Positions 49,041-62,640 of a stretch of DNA of 64,000 nt are shown piece by piece. Numbering within the stretch: the first letter of the stretch is position 1; each line of letters starts with the position of its first letter. Under the pieces are notes generated by a model. The model saw only the letters and a program-made list of their open reading frames with translations. It was not told the origin of the DNA and did no database searches. Both the position numbers and the translations under genes were made by a program. This stretch comes from Antedon mediterranea (lineage: Eukaryota; Animalia; Echinodermata), in contig NC_092670.1 of the NCBI RefSeq assembly GCF_964355755.1, positions 8,980,201-9,044,200 on the forward strand, read 5' to 3'.

Positions 49041-49940
49041 TGATCATAGGTCGGAGGATGGTTTATCGGCTGCTAAACACAAACTTATTGGGTGGAACAT
49101 ATCACATGCTGTCGTGTAAACATGGTATATATTAAACTAATTTGTCATTTTGGCTGGTGGTCGTGGTACACCATGACTGAATTATTCAACATTTTGACTA
49201 ATGTACGAGCATGTTTGAAGTTATGCTATATAAATAAATGAGTTATTAATGTGAATGGTTGTAAACATGTTCTGTTGTAGTATTCTTTGATAGTGGGTTA
49301 TATTTGTGAGGTGTGTCTGAAATGGGGTTTTGTTAGACGACCATGGCATGATACTAAGGTGACGTGTATTAATCAGTTTCGGTAAACGAGCTCTGTGACG
49401 GATATAATAGAGGAATGAGGGTCAGCAAGGTTGGCAGTAATGCCAGACAATGCCGCCTCTCACTTTGTTGTTAAATAAAAACAGACCTAATCAGGCAGAC
49501 GTTTCAGAATTAACTAATAGTGAAATAGCCCATGTGGTGTACATATAAATGTGTACGAGGGTATGTGTGTTTCTGTACCGTAGGCTTTTGTCATGAAAGT
49601 AAAAAAGCACATACCACCTAAATCGAAACAAATAGATGTAGAAGTGAGAGGTACGCTTTCTTTCAAATTCTAAATCGAAATTTGCTATTTCTAGACTGGA
49701 TTATGAGTTATTGTTTGTATTGTTATGTCACTGATCATATCTAAGATAACTACTTTTGTATAAGGTTCGTATCAATAGACAAATGGTGTCTTGTACCACC
49801 ATGGTACTAATACAATTTATTACTGATTGTAAAGAGTCATTCACAATAGTTTCCTAGTCAGTAGAAAACTTCCTTCTAGACTTACTATAGGCAAAACAAT
49901 TATATTTTTGTATGAACATTTCAAAGAAACTTCACTTGTG

Positions 49941-50273
49941 CACTGTTAAAACAATTCTTGTAAAAAAACGGTAAATTACTTGCAATCTGGACGCCAGTAA
50001 TTTACCGTAATGTAGAATTACAGGTACTGTTGAAAATAAAATACTGTAAAACTACAGTAAATTACTGTTGGTCATAAAGTCGGTTGTCTACCGCAATGTA
50101 GAATCACAGGTACTGTTGAAAATAAATTACTGTAAAACTACAGTAAATTACTGTTGGTCATAAAGTCGGTTGTCTACCGTAATGTAGAATCACAGGTACT
50201 GTTGAAAATAAATTACTATAAAACTACAGTAAATTACTGTTGGTCATAAAGTTGGTTGTCCACCGTAATGTAG
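49941..50273. mobile_element. CACTG-type transposon end with three 86-bp tandem repeats
   Basis: CACTGTTAAAA at 49941; units start at 50004, 50090, 50176 and a partial at 50262. Confidence 0.7.
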
Positions 50274-50574
50274 GATAGACTTGTGACATGAGTACTTCAA
50301 CTATAGTGAAAGGAGTGGTGCAATTCTTCTAGAAAATCGTCATAGATTGGCTCTGTACGGTACAATTTAGAAAGTCAGACATCTAGTACAGTTCAGTTTT
50401 AAGTATTAATGTAAGTTGTGCAATTTATGTAACAGTAGGCCTACTTTTTTTCCAAACATTTATTGATATGATAGGTATAACTCTGAGTTTATTTTTCTTA
50501 TTTCATACACATCCAACAGCTAGCACAAACTCGCCAATCACAGAATGGATAAACTATTTAATAAATTATTGTGC

Positions 50575-50716
50575 CCTAAAACTAAGTCTTATTTGAGACT
50601 TAGGGAGTGGAGTTGAAAGAGTTGTGAGTTACAAACCCTGCACTAGGTCCGGATTGAACCCCGGTCCTTGGGATTGGAAGGAAAGCACGTCAACCACCAA
50701 ACTACAGCTCCACTGC
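50575..50716 (-). mobile_element. tRNA-derived SINE copy
   Basis: Minus strand GTGGAGCTGTAGTTTGGTGG..GGGGTTCAATCC; homologous to 4446-4590. Confidence 0.7.
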
Positions 50717-51370
50717 ATTGTATAATTGATACGCTAGATGACAGACAGGAAGAGAGTGGGGTTGAAATGGCTTGTTGCCGTTAATTTTACTTAGGCCTAT
50801 ATTACTTATACAATCATGATGGAAACCGCCATCGTTTATTGTCGCAACAATAAACAAACAGATACAATTCTACTGTTTACTGTTTTCACTTTTAAATGAC
50901 AGTTCTAGTAACAGTACCTTTCATATTTTAACTTAATGGTTAACATTCAATTTGTTTGTTGGTTCTTTCCTCTGCAACCGTTCTCAGCTTTCTTTTCCTT
51001 GTGAAAAAGTAAATATAATATTGTTCAATGAAGATCATCAATCATTCAAAAGGATAAATTGTCTTAATCAATGAGAATGAAAATGAAAAAATAATTTAAA
51101 ACATTTTGACAATGACGAATTCTCATAATTTGATAATATTTGTCCAGTATTATGCAAATTGGATGGTTCTTCCATGTTAGGTCCTCTAAAGTTAGTTTTG
51201 TATAGGTAAATTTAGCCTAAACATATAGGCGAATATTAAATTTAGTACTTTACTTTTTGATAAACTTCCGATAATGTTACTTTGCAAAACAAGATGAATT
51301 GATCCATAAACAGTTTATTTTAAATACAACAAATTACATTTTTCAGAAATGAAGACAGAAAACTGACAAT

Positions 51371-51380
51371 ATGGCAACAG
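51371..51380 (+). CDS. DED-TM-FReD gene, first coding exon (MAT, phase 1)
   Basis: Acceptor TTTTTCAG at 51346, ATG GCA ACA G then GTAATG; phase matches the next exon. Confidence 0.65.
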
Positions 51381-51478
51381 GTAATGTTAAAGATTGAAAA
51401 TAACTGATTTCATCTTGCATACCACCAACATTTCAAATTAAATTTCTTTAAAATGTTCTCTTTTAAATAATTTTATAG

Positions 51479-51985
51479 ATTTTACTGTGAATTTAGTGAA
51501 CGTTTCAGGATGGTATGATGACCACAACCTCTTTCGACAGCTGAAAGTGTTATACCACGATTTAATTACAGTAGCGAACATAGACAAAGCCAAGAAAACA
51601 ATAGACTTACTGCATCAATTAATTACATTAGGGTATTTGAGTTCAGACAAGCCTTCGTTACTTTACGAAACAATCAAAGTAACTCAAACATTTGAAGTAA
51701 TGAAAGTTGTCCAACAATCTTTCTTCGAAGATCAAGAAATCAAAATTACAACGTTCACTCCATATCGACACTGGATTTTAGATTTCGGAAATGGACTTAC
51801 ACAGGCTGATGTAGAAAACATTGATGCACTGTACAATGGTACTGCGCTAAAGAAATACCAAGATGCTTGGAGTATGATTTTGGATTTTGAACACAGACAA
51901 ATACTTTGTGAAGACAAAATTGAAGAATTTATTACCAGTCTTAACAAAATTGGACTACACTCAAATGTGGAATGCCTGACTAATG
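51479..51985 (+). CDS. DED-TM-FReD gene exon encoding two tandem death-effector-like domains
   Basis: TTTTATAG acceptor, GTATGT donor, open 169 codons; DED-like patterns F..NLV.VS..Y..LKVLY.D..T.DLL..L...GYLS...LLYE and FTPYR..ILDFG..LT..DV......W.MILDFE..Q.L..D....FI..L..IG. Confidence 0.8.
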
Positions 51986-53072
51986 GTATGTTGTAGGACA
52001 AAATTTGCAAAACCATGTTTATTTGAGGAAAACTATGAAAATAGTGAAATCCACATTTTTTCCGAATAGAAGTACCTAAATAATGTAACAAACAAATAAA
52101 ACAACTTAAAAAAATTGTTTGTATAGTTTTCACATTGACTGACTGGCTTCCAACGTTTTATAATCTTCTTAATTATAATAATTACTAATGTTTAATGTGA
52201 ATATTTCTGAAATGGAAACATTGGAATTGTATTTTTATCAATGAAATGGATAAATGGTCTGAATTTATGATTCGAATGATAGACTTGTCATGAGGTAAAA
52301 TATTAATCTATTCTTATTATTTATTTATCAGGTCAAACAGTAGATAAATAAAAATAGACGTTTTTTCCACTCTATCACAGCTCACCTTTGGCATGGGCGT
52401 CTCTATTTGTCATCGAATATGTTCGATTCAAATCTAAATTCTTTGATATTTTTTACGATTAACATTGGACGATCATAACAGTGGTGATGATATCGTGATT
52501 AGGGGATCTAGGATTCTAGCCTGAATTACGGTTCTGACGTGCTATAAAATACTAGTTTATAGTGTTTCAAAAAGAGCGACGTTTCGGAACCATCATGGAA
52601 CCATTCTCAAGATCAAAATGAGTAAAGAAATTATAGTAAATGTCTCTTAATTCGTTTTTGTATTGCATCGAGAACAGTTTAACACAAATAACATTTTCAG
52701 ATGAGTATACCACTAGTATGAACTTTTGCCAATGAGCTATGCTCGACGCGATTATGAGGTCATGTTTCGAATATGAGCACTGTTTCTATAATTTGACAGT
52801 ATGATTTATATATAATTTACACAGTGCTACGCAACACAATTGATTTATATATTCCGTACCACGCCGAGAATGTTGAAGAGTCGCTATCCAATCGAGTTTG
52901 AACAATACCATGAAAGCCCCAGTGATCTAATGGTTAGGACAGCTCAAGCAGGACGGTCCGAGTTCCAGTGGATCGGTTGGGGCGAATTTTTTCTCATTCT
53001 TACAGATTTCCTTATCGTTATCGTTTCAAATTAATTAATTATTATATTTATATTTTCTTCTTTGTTATTTAG

Positions 53073-53135
53073 CAGAGGAAGGGCCGAGAAGTATGCAAAC
53101 AGAGAAAGTGCCGAGAAGTATGCAAACAGAGGAAG
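53073..53135 (+). CDS. DED-TM-FReD gene linker exon (27-nt internal duplication, PRSMQTE x2)
   Basis: Polypyrimidine tract plus TAG-CAG acceptor, GTAATT donor, phase 1-1, open. Confidence 0.65.
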
Positions 53136-54651
53136 GTAATTTTATACTTTTATGATGATTTTGTTGGTTTATATACATATCATGTAACAGGACATAGACA
53201 GTTTAGGGAGAGAAAATCAGTAAGGGAGATAATAGCCGCCGGAAGTTTTTTTTAGGAATTACGAGGCAAAATAAAAATGTTCAGCAGAAGAGAAATCAAA
53301 CCAAAGAAATTAGTAATAGATTTTAAAATGAAATGAAATTGGCAATGCAATTAGTAATTTGAAATGCAATTATTATTAATTAATAATCCCAAAATAATTC
53401 CATTTACCAATTCAATTGTTAAATTCAAACCATAATCGTGCAGTTCAATAAAAAGAAAAAAGAAAAACTAATCGTCACAAAATCTCAATTCACTTCACAT
53501 CCTAGGCAACAACAAGTAAATTAAAAGTTAACAAGGACAGAGTACGCATATGACGATAACCTTCCTTTCATTCCTTATAATGCTATTCATGTTTAATCAT
53601 TCAAAGTGGTCCATTTAAAATAATAACATTTCGATATATTTACATAAAGCTTGATCTAAAATTAGAAAAACGTCTTCTTGATAAATTACTTTTTAATTAC
53701 GATAGTTTGATTTACAAATTGGCATAACGCCGGGTGGTGTTTTCTCAATGTTTTTGATACATTTTGTAAATTATCAGATTTTAATTCTGTGATTCTGCGA
53801 TTGACTTGTAAATCTAGTCTACAAAAATGTAATTCAAATTTTAGAATAAGTAGGGCCTTTTCTGCTGCCAAGTAAATACCGTATATAATACGGTATTTTT
53901 TTAAATACCGTAAATGTTTGGATGCAGAAACAGCGCTCATAAAAAATATACCGTATTTTTTTTATACCGTATGTTGAGTAGTTGCAGTAGAAACGAGTCC
54001 CGAGTCATTCATGCATGTCAGAAATATTTTAATATTAGTTCACTCAATGTAGTCTGATATGACAATTTTTTTAATGATAGTGATACTTTCATAAAGGCCT
54101 ACCGTATACGGTTAATTTTATTTTTTTACTATGAACTTATAAGAGAAATAAATTTTACTTTGATTGATTTATAAGTGCGTTACTCAAAAAATGAAATCTT
54201 TTTAGTGAAAATGTTTAACACCTTATTTGCAATGTACTTAGCCTAAGTGCAAAGTAATGTTTACAATGAGAATATACCTTATTTTATTTATTTTTTTTGT
54301 TATCATTGTATTTCTATTTTTGTAAATGATAAATGTGTCTGTTAATTAACAAAAATGTATATACAAATGTATTATCATTGTTGCCTAGTTATTCACCAAG
54401 TTGTGGAAAAAAAAGTGAATACAATTTTAAGGGAAATATTTATTGAGTTAAATGAAATGAGAGATTGGTGAATACGGCCACTGGGCTCTATTTTTCCATT
54501 CTATTTCGGATTTGTGATAAATTTAGTTTTCGTTTTGCTGTCCTCTGTTGAGCATATTTTCAACTGAAGTTTTTTTTATCTTCTGATTATCAAAAATTAT
54601 GTTTGTCGCCCTCTATAAATCTAAATGTACAAATTAATACGTTATACTAAG

Positions 54652-55858
54652 CGTATCCGGACAACTACCCCCTGGACAATTACCACCCGGACAACTACCA
54701 CCAGGACAATAACCCCCTAGAACAACTACCACCCATCTACACATAATTAATTTTGTCAATACAGAATGAATTTTGTCTACACAGAATTAATTTTGTCAAC
54801 ACAGAATTAATTTTGTCTACACAGAATGAATTTTGTTTACACAGAATGAATTTTGTCAATACAAAATGAATTTTGTGTTGACTACCCCCTTAGGACAACT
54901 ACCCCCTTAGGATAACAACCCCCGGACAACTACCCCCCGGACAACTACCCCCCGGACAAGTACCCCCTTAGGACAACTACCCCCTTAGGACAACTACCCC
55001 CCGGTCAACAACCCCCCGGTCAACAACCCCCCGGTCAACAATCCCCCGGTCAACTACCCCCTCCCCCGGACAACTACCCCCTCCCTTAGGACTATATTTA
55101 TGTTCAATCTTTTACTTTTGTTTACAATAATGAATAGTAATTCGTCAAAGTAACGAATTAAAATATAGTTATTAATTCCTATTATACACTGTTGCAGAGT
55201 CAGGTTGTTGAATGGTCTGGGTGGTAGTTGTCCGTCCGGGGGGTAGTTGTTCTAAAGGGATAGTTGTCTGGGTGGTAGTTGTCCAGGGGTTAGTTGTCCT
55301 ACGGAGGTAGTTGTCTTAAAAGATTATTTGCCCTCGGAGTATTGTCCAGGTCCAGGAGGTAGTTGTCCGCGGGGTAATTACCCGGGGGGGGGGGGGTAAT
55401 TGTCAGGGGGTAATTGTTCCTAGGGGTAATTGTCCGGGGGGTAGTTGTCCAGGGGTTAGTTGTCCTACGGAGGTAGTTGTCCTAAAAGATTATTTGCCCT
55501 CGGAGTATTGTCCAGGTTCAGGAGGTAGTTGTCCTACGGGAGTATTGTGTCAGAGGTAGTTGTCCGCGGGGTAATTACCCGGGGGGGTGTGGTAATTGTC
55601 CGGGGGGTAATTGTCAGAGGGTAATTTTTCTAAGGGGTTTTTTTCCGGGGGTAGTTGTCCTAAGGGGGTTGTTGTCCTAAGGGGGTAGTTGTCCGGGGGG
55701 TATTTGTCCGGGGGGTAGTTGTCCTAAAGGGGTAGTTGTCCTAAGGGGGTAGTTGTCCTAAAGGGGTAGTTGTCCTAAGGGGGTAGTTGTCCAGGTGGTG
55801 GTTGTCCGTGGGGTAGTTTTCCGGGGGTAAATGTCCAGGGGGTGAATATCCGGATACG
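54652..55858. mobile_element. Second GGACAACTACCCCC foldback element with a chimeric left arm
   Basis: CGTATCCGGA...TCCGGATACG ends; core 55085-55320 nearly identical to 37113-37350; 20-bp tandem array ACAGAATGAATTTTGTCAAT at ~54740-54876; no TSD. Confidence 0.85.
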
Positions 55859-56006
55859 ATTTGGATGCATGACAGTCATAATCACTGGAACTGTTAGGGG
55901 GTTTAGTTTTATAAACTGAAATCTATCAATTACATTCGAATTATGAATAGTGGAAAAGAAACAAATGGAAACACAGACGTTGAGGCAAGCACTATTTCAA
56001 TTTCAG

Positions 56007-56219
56007 GAACGGCAGACGATAATACACCGGCTGAAATAAGATGCCGGGCTATCAAACGTTTTGTTGTCGATGAAGATGTGGAGCAACAGGATACGTCGGC
56101 GTGCAAATCCTGGATTGACGAACATGTGTTCATTATTATAGGAGCAGTTATGTTAATATTAGTAGTTGTTGCAGTCTCTGTCACGTTGGGTCTTCTTTCC
56201 ATTGAATCAAATTCCACTG
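56007..56219 (+). CDS. DED-TM-FReD gene exon with transmembrane helix
   Basis: TTTCAG acceptor, GTAAGT donor, phase 1-1; VFIIIGAVMLILVVVAVSVTLGLLSI hydrophobic span followed by ESNST sequon. Confidence 0.8.
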
Positions 56220-57187
56220 GTAAGTACTTCTTGGCTTTCATCTTAGCTTCCTGCGACGCTTGAAACAAACATTTTTCCAGCCTCCTGCGTAAATGGTTCG
56301 TGCTTGGTACTATGATAAAGACCGTTTTGATCGTTATCATTAGTTTTTTCCTTAAAGTATAGCTCCCCCCAGCTCTTACGTTTAAGTGTGTGATTATACA
56401 AAAAAAATAGGAAATATGACTATTTCCCAACAACTCATTTCTAAAACGTCGGGCAGAAAATAGTGTTTTTTAATATATTACAATTTTTTTCAGTAACTTA
56501 AAGGAGAGGTTATTAGTTTACAATACGTCAATAAACGCGTTATACTTCGCGACGTACGAGTTGTGTTCGTGGTGAACGCATTGGTGTAATTTTTGGTTAA
56601 TTAGGCCTAATGAATGCAAATGTTTAAGGCCCATGTGATATTTCTTCAGTATGTTTTACATATAACATTATGATTTGCACTGTACAACAGCATCATCTTA
56701 ATTAAGTTGCTTATTAATTTTAAGCCAGCTTTCTACTTAGCCTAACTAGCTAGGCTTGGATCCATGTCTAGGCCTATATATTCATAAGTTCGAAAAGGCT
56801 TGGTCGTTTCGCCCTATTTATCGTTACTGGGTTTTCTCGCACATTAATAATTTTGAAACACAAAATCATCTACAAACAAATTGTATTGTTCACATCACAA
56901 AATTGTTAAGTGACGTGAAAGAAAAAGAAAAATTGTTCAGGTACCCTAGATCATGATGTGTAGTCCGAAGCTGGGTGGTTGCCATAACAAACTTCACTGC
57001 TGCTGTAAGGCCATCACAGCCTAGCTAAGCCAAGCAGCAGCATCAGTACATACCTAGTAGGCCAAGGCCTAGCTTTATTGAATATATAGCCACGTCTTTC
57101 TAAGATCTCCTTAAAATAGACATTTTAGTAATAATCTCATAATCACATCATTACACTGTGAAAACAATGTAGGGTCACATCCAGAAT

Positions 57188-58266
57188 GGGTGTCACGAAA
57201 GCTCAGACCACGAAAGCTCAGACCCCCTAAGACCTAAGATCACGAAAGCTAAGACCCAACACCTAAGATTACAAATATTTATCTTTCGCACCTGCCTTGT
57301 ATTTTAACTCCTAACATTTATTCTGAATACCACACCTTAGAATTGGCACTTTCATGAAAAAGAATCACATAAAAAGTAACAAATACATTTTTAAATTGAT
57401 GATTTTACAGACGTTTTTCTCGACACAAAATGACTAGCCTACAGTACAGTAGGCCTACCCCATGGGCCATGTTCAATGTTTTTGTTTCTATGGAACGTCA
57501 AAAGAGCAAAAATTATATAGAGGGCTGAAAACTCTGTGGAGTCCATCTACAGTGTGGATGGAACAATGTAAAATTAAAATTGTAATGATAATAGTATAAT
57601 CATGCAAGTACGAAGAAATAAATACTGGCAAATAAATTTTAATTTAAAAATCATGATAAGTTTTTTTGTTTCGTTTTCTTTCTGTTTTTATACTTGTACT
57701 ATTATTGTTGCTCTTTTGGCGCTCCATAGAAACAAAAACATTGAGCATGGGGAGCTCGAGGAGTTACATTACAGTATACAAAGAAACACATCTGTAAAAT
57801 CATCAATTTAAAGGATTTATTTATTTGTTATTATGTGTTTCTCCTTCTGAAAGTACTTATAAGTCCTAATTTTAATGTGTGGTGTTCAGGATAAAGTTAG
57901 TCAACAAATTTGGAGTCAAAATACAAGAAAGGCAGGTGCGTAAGAAAAACATCCTCTGAACCAACACAATGGAGTAAATATATACCAACAAACAACCCGT
58001 CAAGTTTGTTTGTTGTAAAGAAAAAATATACATTTACTCAACGGGCGAAAATAATGTGAGTTTATCTATGTTTTGCGGTAGTATTAAATTATATTTATGG
58101 TAATAAATGAAACCTACTGTGTTTAAAATTATGTATGGATAAACAAGTATTGTTTTTAAGCTGTAGTATATCTTAGTATTTGTAATCTTAGGTGTTGGGT
58201 CTTAGCTTTCGTGATCTTAGGTCTTAGGGGGTCTGAGCTTTCGTGGTCTGAGCTTTCGTGACACCC
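57188..58266. mobile_element. Mutator-like MITE with 10-bp TSD, copy 2 (intronic)
   Basis: Same TIR as 15940-17026; TSD CATCCAGAAT at 57178-57187 and 58267-58276. Confidence 0.9.
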
Positions 58267-58629
58267 CATCCAGAATGTTTACATATACTACTTTCCAACC
58301 GTCAAAAACTACATCGCGACGAGAACAGATCACCGTGCAAGTGCAGTAGATAGTGTTATCGTGAAAAACTCACATGATCATTTTACTGCCTAAATTAATA
58401 TAAAAAAATACCAATTGACCTTATTATATTGGTGGAAAATTTACGCAAAATTGCGCAAGGTATACTCAATAAAAAATACAGTAATGGAAAGATCTGGAAA
58501 AATTACATCAAAAACATTTTAAGATTTTTTCTAGTATCTTTAATTAGTTCAAGTGCGGCGTTTGAGGTCAGGTGTTTAGCACGAAACCCATATTGGTGGG
58601 TGTTTAAAATTTAAAATTTGGTTCGATAG

Positions 58630-58805
58630 TCATTATATATAGACTATTATGCATTGCCTTTTCAAAGATTTTTGAAAATACAGGTAACACTGATATCGGG
58701 TGGTAATTTATAATTTCATCAATGTTTCCTTTATAGACAGGGATAATCTTTGCAATTTTTATTTTATCGAGAAAAATACCAGACTCAAAAGAAATATTTT
58801 TATTA
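58630..58805 (-). pseudogene. CR1/L2-group LINE RT fragment
   Basis: NISFESGIFLDKIKIAKIIPVYKG..NYHPISVLPVFSKIFEKAMHNSLY. Confidence 0.8.
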
Positions 58806-59044
58806 TGTGAGTTAGTGTCCCGCGACGCTGGAAACAAAGCTTTTTCCAGCCTCCTGCGTAAATGGTTCGTGCTTGGTACGTTTTGATCATTAGTTTTCTC
58901 CTTAAAGAAGAGCTCCCCTCAAACTTTTATTATGTTTAGAAAAGTTTAATTAAAGTGATTATACAAAAAAAAAAGGAAAAATATGGCAATATATTTAATA
59001 ATATGGAAATAGTGCTTTTTAATATATTACATTTTTTTCTGCAG

Positions 59045-59091
59045 AGTCAACTACAATGGCGATTGGTACGACCACACACGAGGCATCAGCA
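59045..59091 (+). CDS. DED-TM-FReD gene Ser/Thr-rich stalk exon (may extend to ~59185)
   Basis: TTTTTTTCTGCAG acceptor, phase 1, ESTTMAIGTTTHEASA then GTAAGT (phase 0); the Thr-rich frame continues past this donor, so the 3' boundary is uncertain. Confidence 0.6.
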
Positions 59092-62000
59092 GTAAGTGAA
59101 TTTGACACGTCCAACACGAACGGTCTTGCATTACGATCGACAACCATTACACATACATCAACTACAGAGTTAACTAATGCTACAGCCATAATATGGCAAA
59201 TTGTTTTATCATTTACTTCTGAATTAAACTTTAAGGCAATTGGTTGCAACTTAAGTCCAATATAGGCCTATTCGACTTAATATGCAATATATCACAATCA
59301 TGTCATTAGCACAAATGCATAGATTAAGATATCGGACAAACTGAAAATGTAATCTGGCATCACATGCATATATTCAGTTTATATTAAAAAATATTTAATG
59401 ATATTTACCAAGATTTAATTAGTATAGATAGAGATAGCCACATGCGATGGTAAAATAGACCTAACTAGAATAGCTAAATTACGTACATTTCCTGTTTTTA
59501 ATATTCATTGTCGTTGCAATGTAAAACAAGAATATTTCTTACAAAAAACGCTGCTCGCTTATTGTTATTGCTAAGGTCAAGTCTGGGGGTCACTTCAAGT
59601 ATCCTATTACAAACAAAAACTTCAATGGACTGTTTTGATAATAATTCAATGATTATCTGACAGCGAATTATAGTAATATCATGGGACTCATAAATACCAG
59701 AAATGCTTTGGGATTTGTCGACTCTTTTCCCAGCCGTTTTTTGGATTCAACAGGTGAAATTATAGTGGAGTTTCCATTTTAACAAAAATGTCAAAGTGTA
59801 GTACTATAAAGCTGCTTGATTTCATCTAATGAATGAGTCATCTCGTGTGACGTAGCGGGCTAGAGCAGCAGGGTGAAAAATACTTTTACTTCTATCAAGT
59901 TTAATCATCACTGTTCCGACGTACGCAAAGCAGAAAACGATGTGTAATAATATGTACGATAAACGGCAATATGCTAACGTCGTCGGCTCTAATTAATTAA
60001 CCAATAATTAATATAATTAATAATATATAATAATAATAATTATTATTATTATTATAAAGTGCTTTAAGAATACGATTTATTTTATCGGAAGAAACAATTG
60101 AGGAAAATATATAATTATTAAGAATTAGAATGTTGTAAGATGTAAATGAAACACTGGTAAACAAATGTTAATAGAAATGCGTGCGTTTGTTTTTGCGTGT
60201 AAAATTTTACCTAATAAAATGAACTTGAAATATTAGTAAAACACCACTACTCAAGAGAAGATGCTAAGGCATTGAAGAATTTATTTTTTAGATATGTTTC
60301 TGAACAGGCTCAGAATGAATTTCTGACTGTGTGCGTCATGAGAAGGTACATGGAAAACCCCGTCATATGGGTCGTTGATTTGTCCGTAGTCATTGCATTT
60401 TGCCGGGGATTCCCCATCATTTAAGTATTTCCGTAGTACCCTATTTATTTATCTTCATTTCCCTACGTCCGTAATATTGGGCCAAATTTCCGTAGTAATT
60501 ACGGGCGTTCCGAACTTTGAAATAACAGTGTTTAATTGCTTCTTTCTGCAAATTTCTTTCATATTTTCTTTTCTGGAGTGTTGATAATAGGCCTAGTAAT
60601 TAGTTTGGGGACTTCCTCTGACGTTCGTATTGAACGCGCAACACAAATGTTATCCTTAGTCGCATTTTTATCCGAATTATTACTCATTTTGTTTGTATAT
60701 TATTGACATGATATGATATGTTCATTTATTCTGTGCATGTCAAAATATGTTAAATGCATACGGTATCGCCGCAAATTACTCAATTATTATTTTTATGTTG
60801 AGTCTGATATGTTCGTTTTATTTAGGCACATGTGTTCTTAAGACCTAAGCTCCATGATAAAACATTGAATTACTCCTGTATTGTATTAAAAACTAATCAA
60901 ATGAAGACGACAAAGTTTTATTAATTTATTTTTTTTTATCACTAATTTTCTTCTTGATTCTGCTTCTATTGATGTGTGAGTTCCTGATATTCCTCTTTAC
61001 ACCTAAGCAATGGAAGGAAAAACGTTTTAATTAAATTTCTTTTTTTTTTCTTAGCATTTCTTTTTTCATAGCCAAACTATTAATACGCCGTCTGTACTAA
61101 GAGAGTATTTAAACTGTCACTGATAGTTAAATTTGTTTTTCGCCAAGACTCCATGATACAACTAAACTGGAATGGAAACAACAAATCTAATAAATGCAAA
61201 TTGTAGTGGAATAACGTTAAGAATGATAACACTGTAATGGTAGTAATAGTCATAAAAAATACTATACAACAAAGCATGAGATGCGATAACTAATAGCAAA
61301 AACAATAGCACGGTCTAAAATATGCGTGAATGGCGGCGCGGCGCGCCATAGAAATCTGTTGTGGCTGAAACTGTCTGTGGCCGAAACGGTCATATGCCGT
61401 TAGTATTAGGGTAGGCCTAGGCGTTATAGCCTTGCTAGGCCTAGGATTGTTTGGTTGTTTGTTGACATAATTAAAGATGTATTTTCCCTTGAAACACAAA
61501 AAAATGAAGGTCAAATATTCTAAATTTAAATTGGCCATATTAAAATAATATTAAAGTTATTCAGTTAAAGTCGAAAATTCGACCCAAAAACCTAACCTAA
61601 TTAACAGGTAAATTAATTTGATTGCATTTCGTCTGGAAAATTTTCGCGAGCGAAAGTAACCAAAGATTTCAAACCACGAGTATGCATTATGCATGATGCT
61701 AATTAGGATTTTTTACAACTCACAACAGTTGACAAGGTGTTTAATAATTTAAATGTTAAAGTAGTAATAATAACTAATCTAACCCCGGCAAATACTAGTA
61801 ATCTGACGTGAACCAAAAACAAAAACGAATAGCACATATTAATTGTTACTATTTTCAATGACAGCTCAATCATCCCAGAGAATGTCGTGCAACAGACAAA
61901 TAAAATATCTCTATACGAGCACGTTAAAAATGACAATATGCACACATTAAGTGCCCAAAAGTGCTGACAAATTTCTTTTCCATCCCTTTTTAAAATGCAA

Positions 62001-62339
62001 ATACTCTTTAGAATGGAAGATGACCTCAAAATGTGTAACTTATTACGAAAGCCAATGAGTTGTAAATATGAATTCATGTGCATATTAGACGTACAAAATG
62101 GTATGACGTCACCATTTGGCCACATGAATTTTTAAAATAGAGTTTTTTCACCTTTTGTCATAGATAATCACCTTCAAGAGTGCATTTCGCTTATCTGTGC
62201 TCAATTTTCGCTCAAATTTTATTATATGCTTGCTAAAACAATTATCTTATTCTCTTTTTATCAGTAAAATTATGAAAATGGTGTCTTATAATTCGTCAAA
62301 GTAACAAATATTAAATTCTACTTATTTTTTGGTTTTGTG

Positions 62340-62640
62340 TTTTACGTGACAATGTTTGACTTCTTGTAAAAATCCACTATTAATGGTAATTTTCTTCTTG
62401 GTTTAATTAGTTATTTGTTATTTTCTATGCAACATTAATAGAAATAATTGTTTATAAAATTAAATGAAATAAAAAAAATGAAATTAGCTAATTTTTCCAG
62501 GTTTTACGTGACAATGTTTGACGTCTTGTAAAAATCCACTATTAATGGTATTTTTCTTCTTGTTATTTTCTATGTAACAATAGAAATATTTGTTTATAAA
62601 AATATTTATAAAATTAAATGAAATAAACGAATGAAATTGC
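62340..62640. repeat. Local tandem duplication (~160 bp)
   Basis: TTTTACGTGACAATGTTTGAC..TCTTGTAAAAATCCACTATTAATGGTA at 62340 and 62502. Confidence 0.8.

Noticed and set aside
49600-49690. IRF-like GAAA motifs as an immune promoter for the receptor gene
   Set aside because: Short motifs expected by chance in AT-rich DNA; TSS not determinable
55930-56433. Minus-strand 167-aa ORF (also 51732-52133, 6125-6511, 6882-7244, 59019-59249)
   Set aside because: Antisense shadows of real plus-strand coding exons or gag
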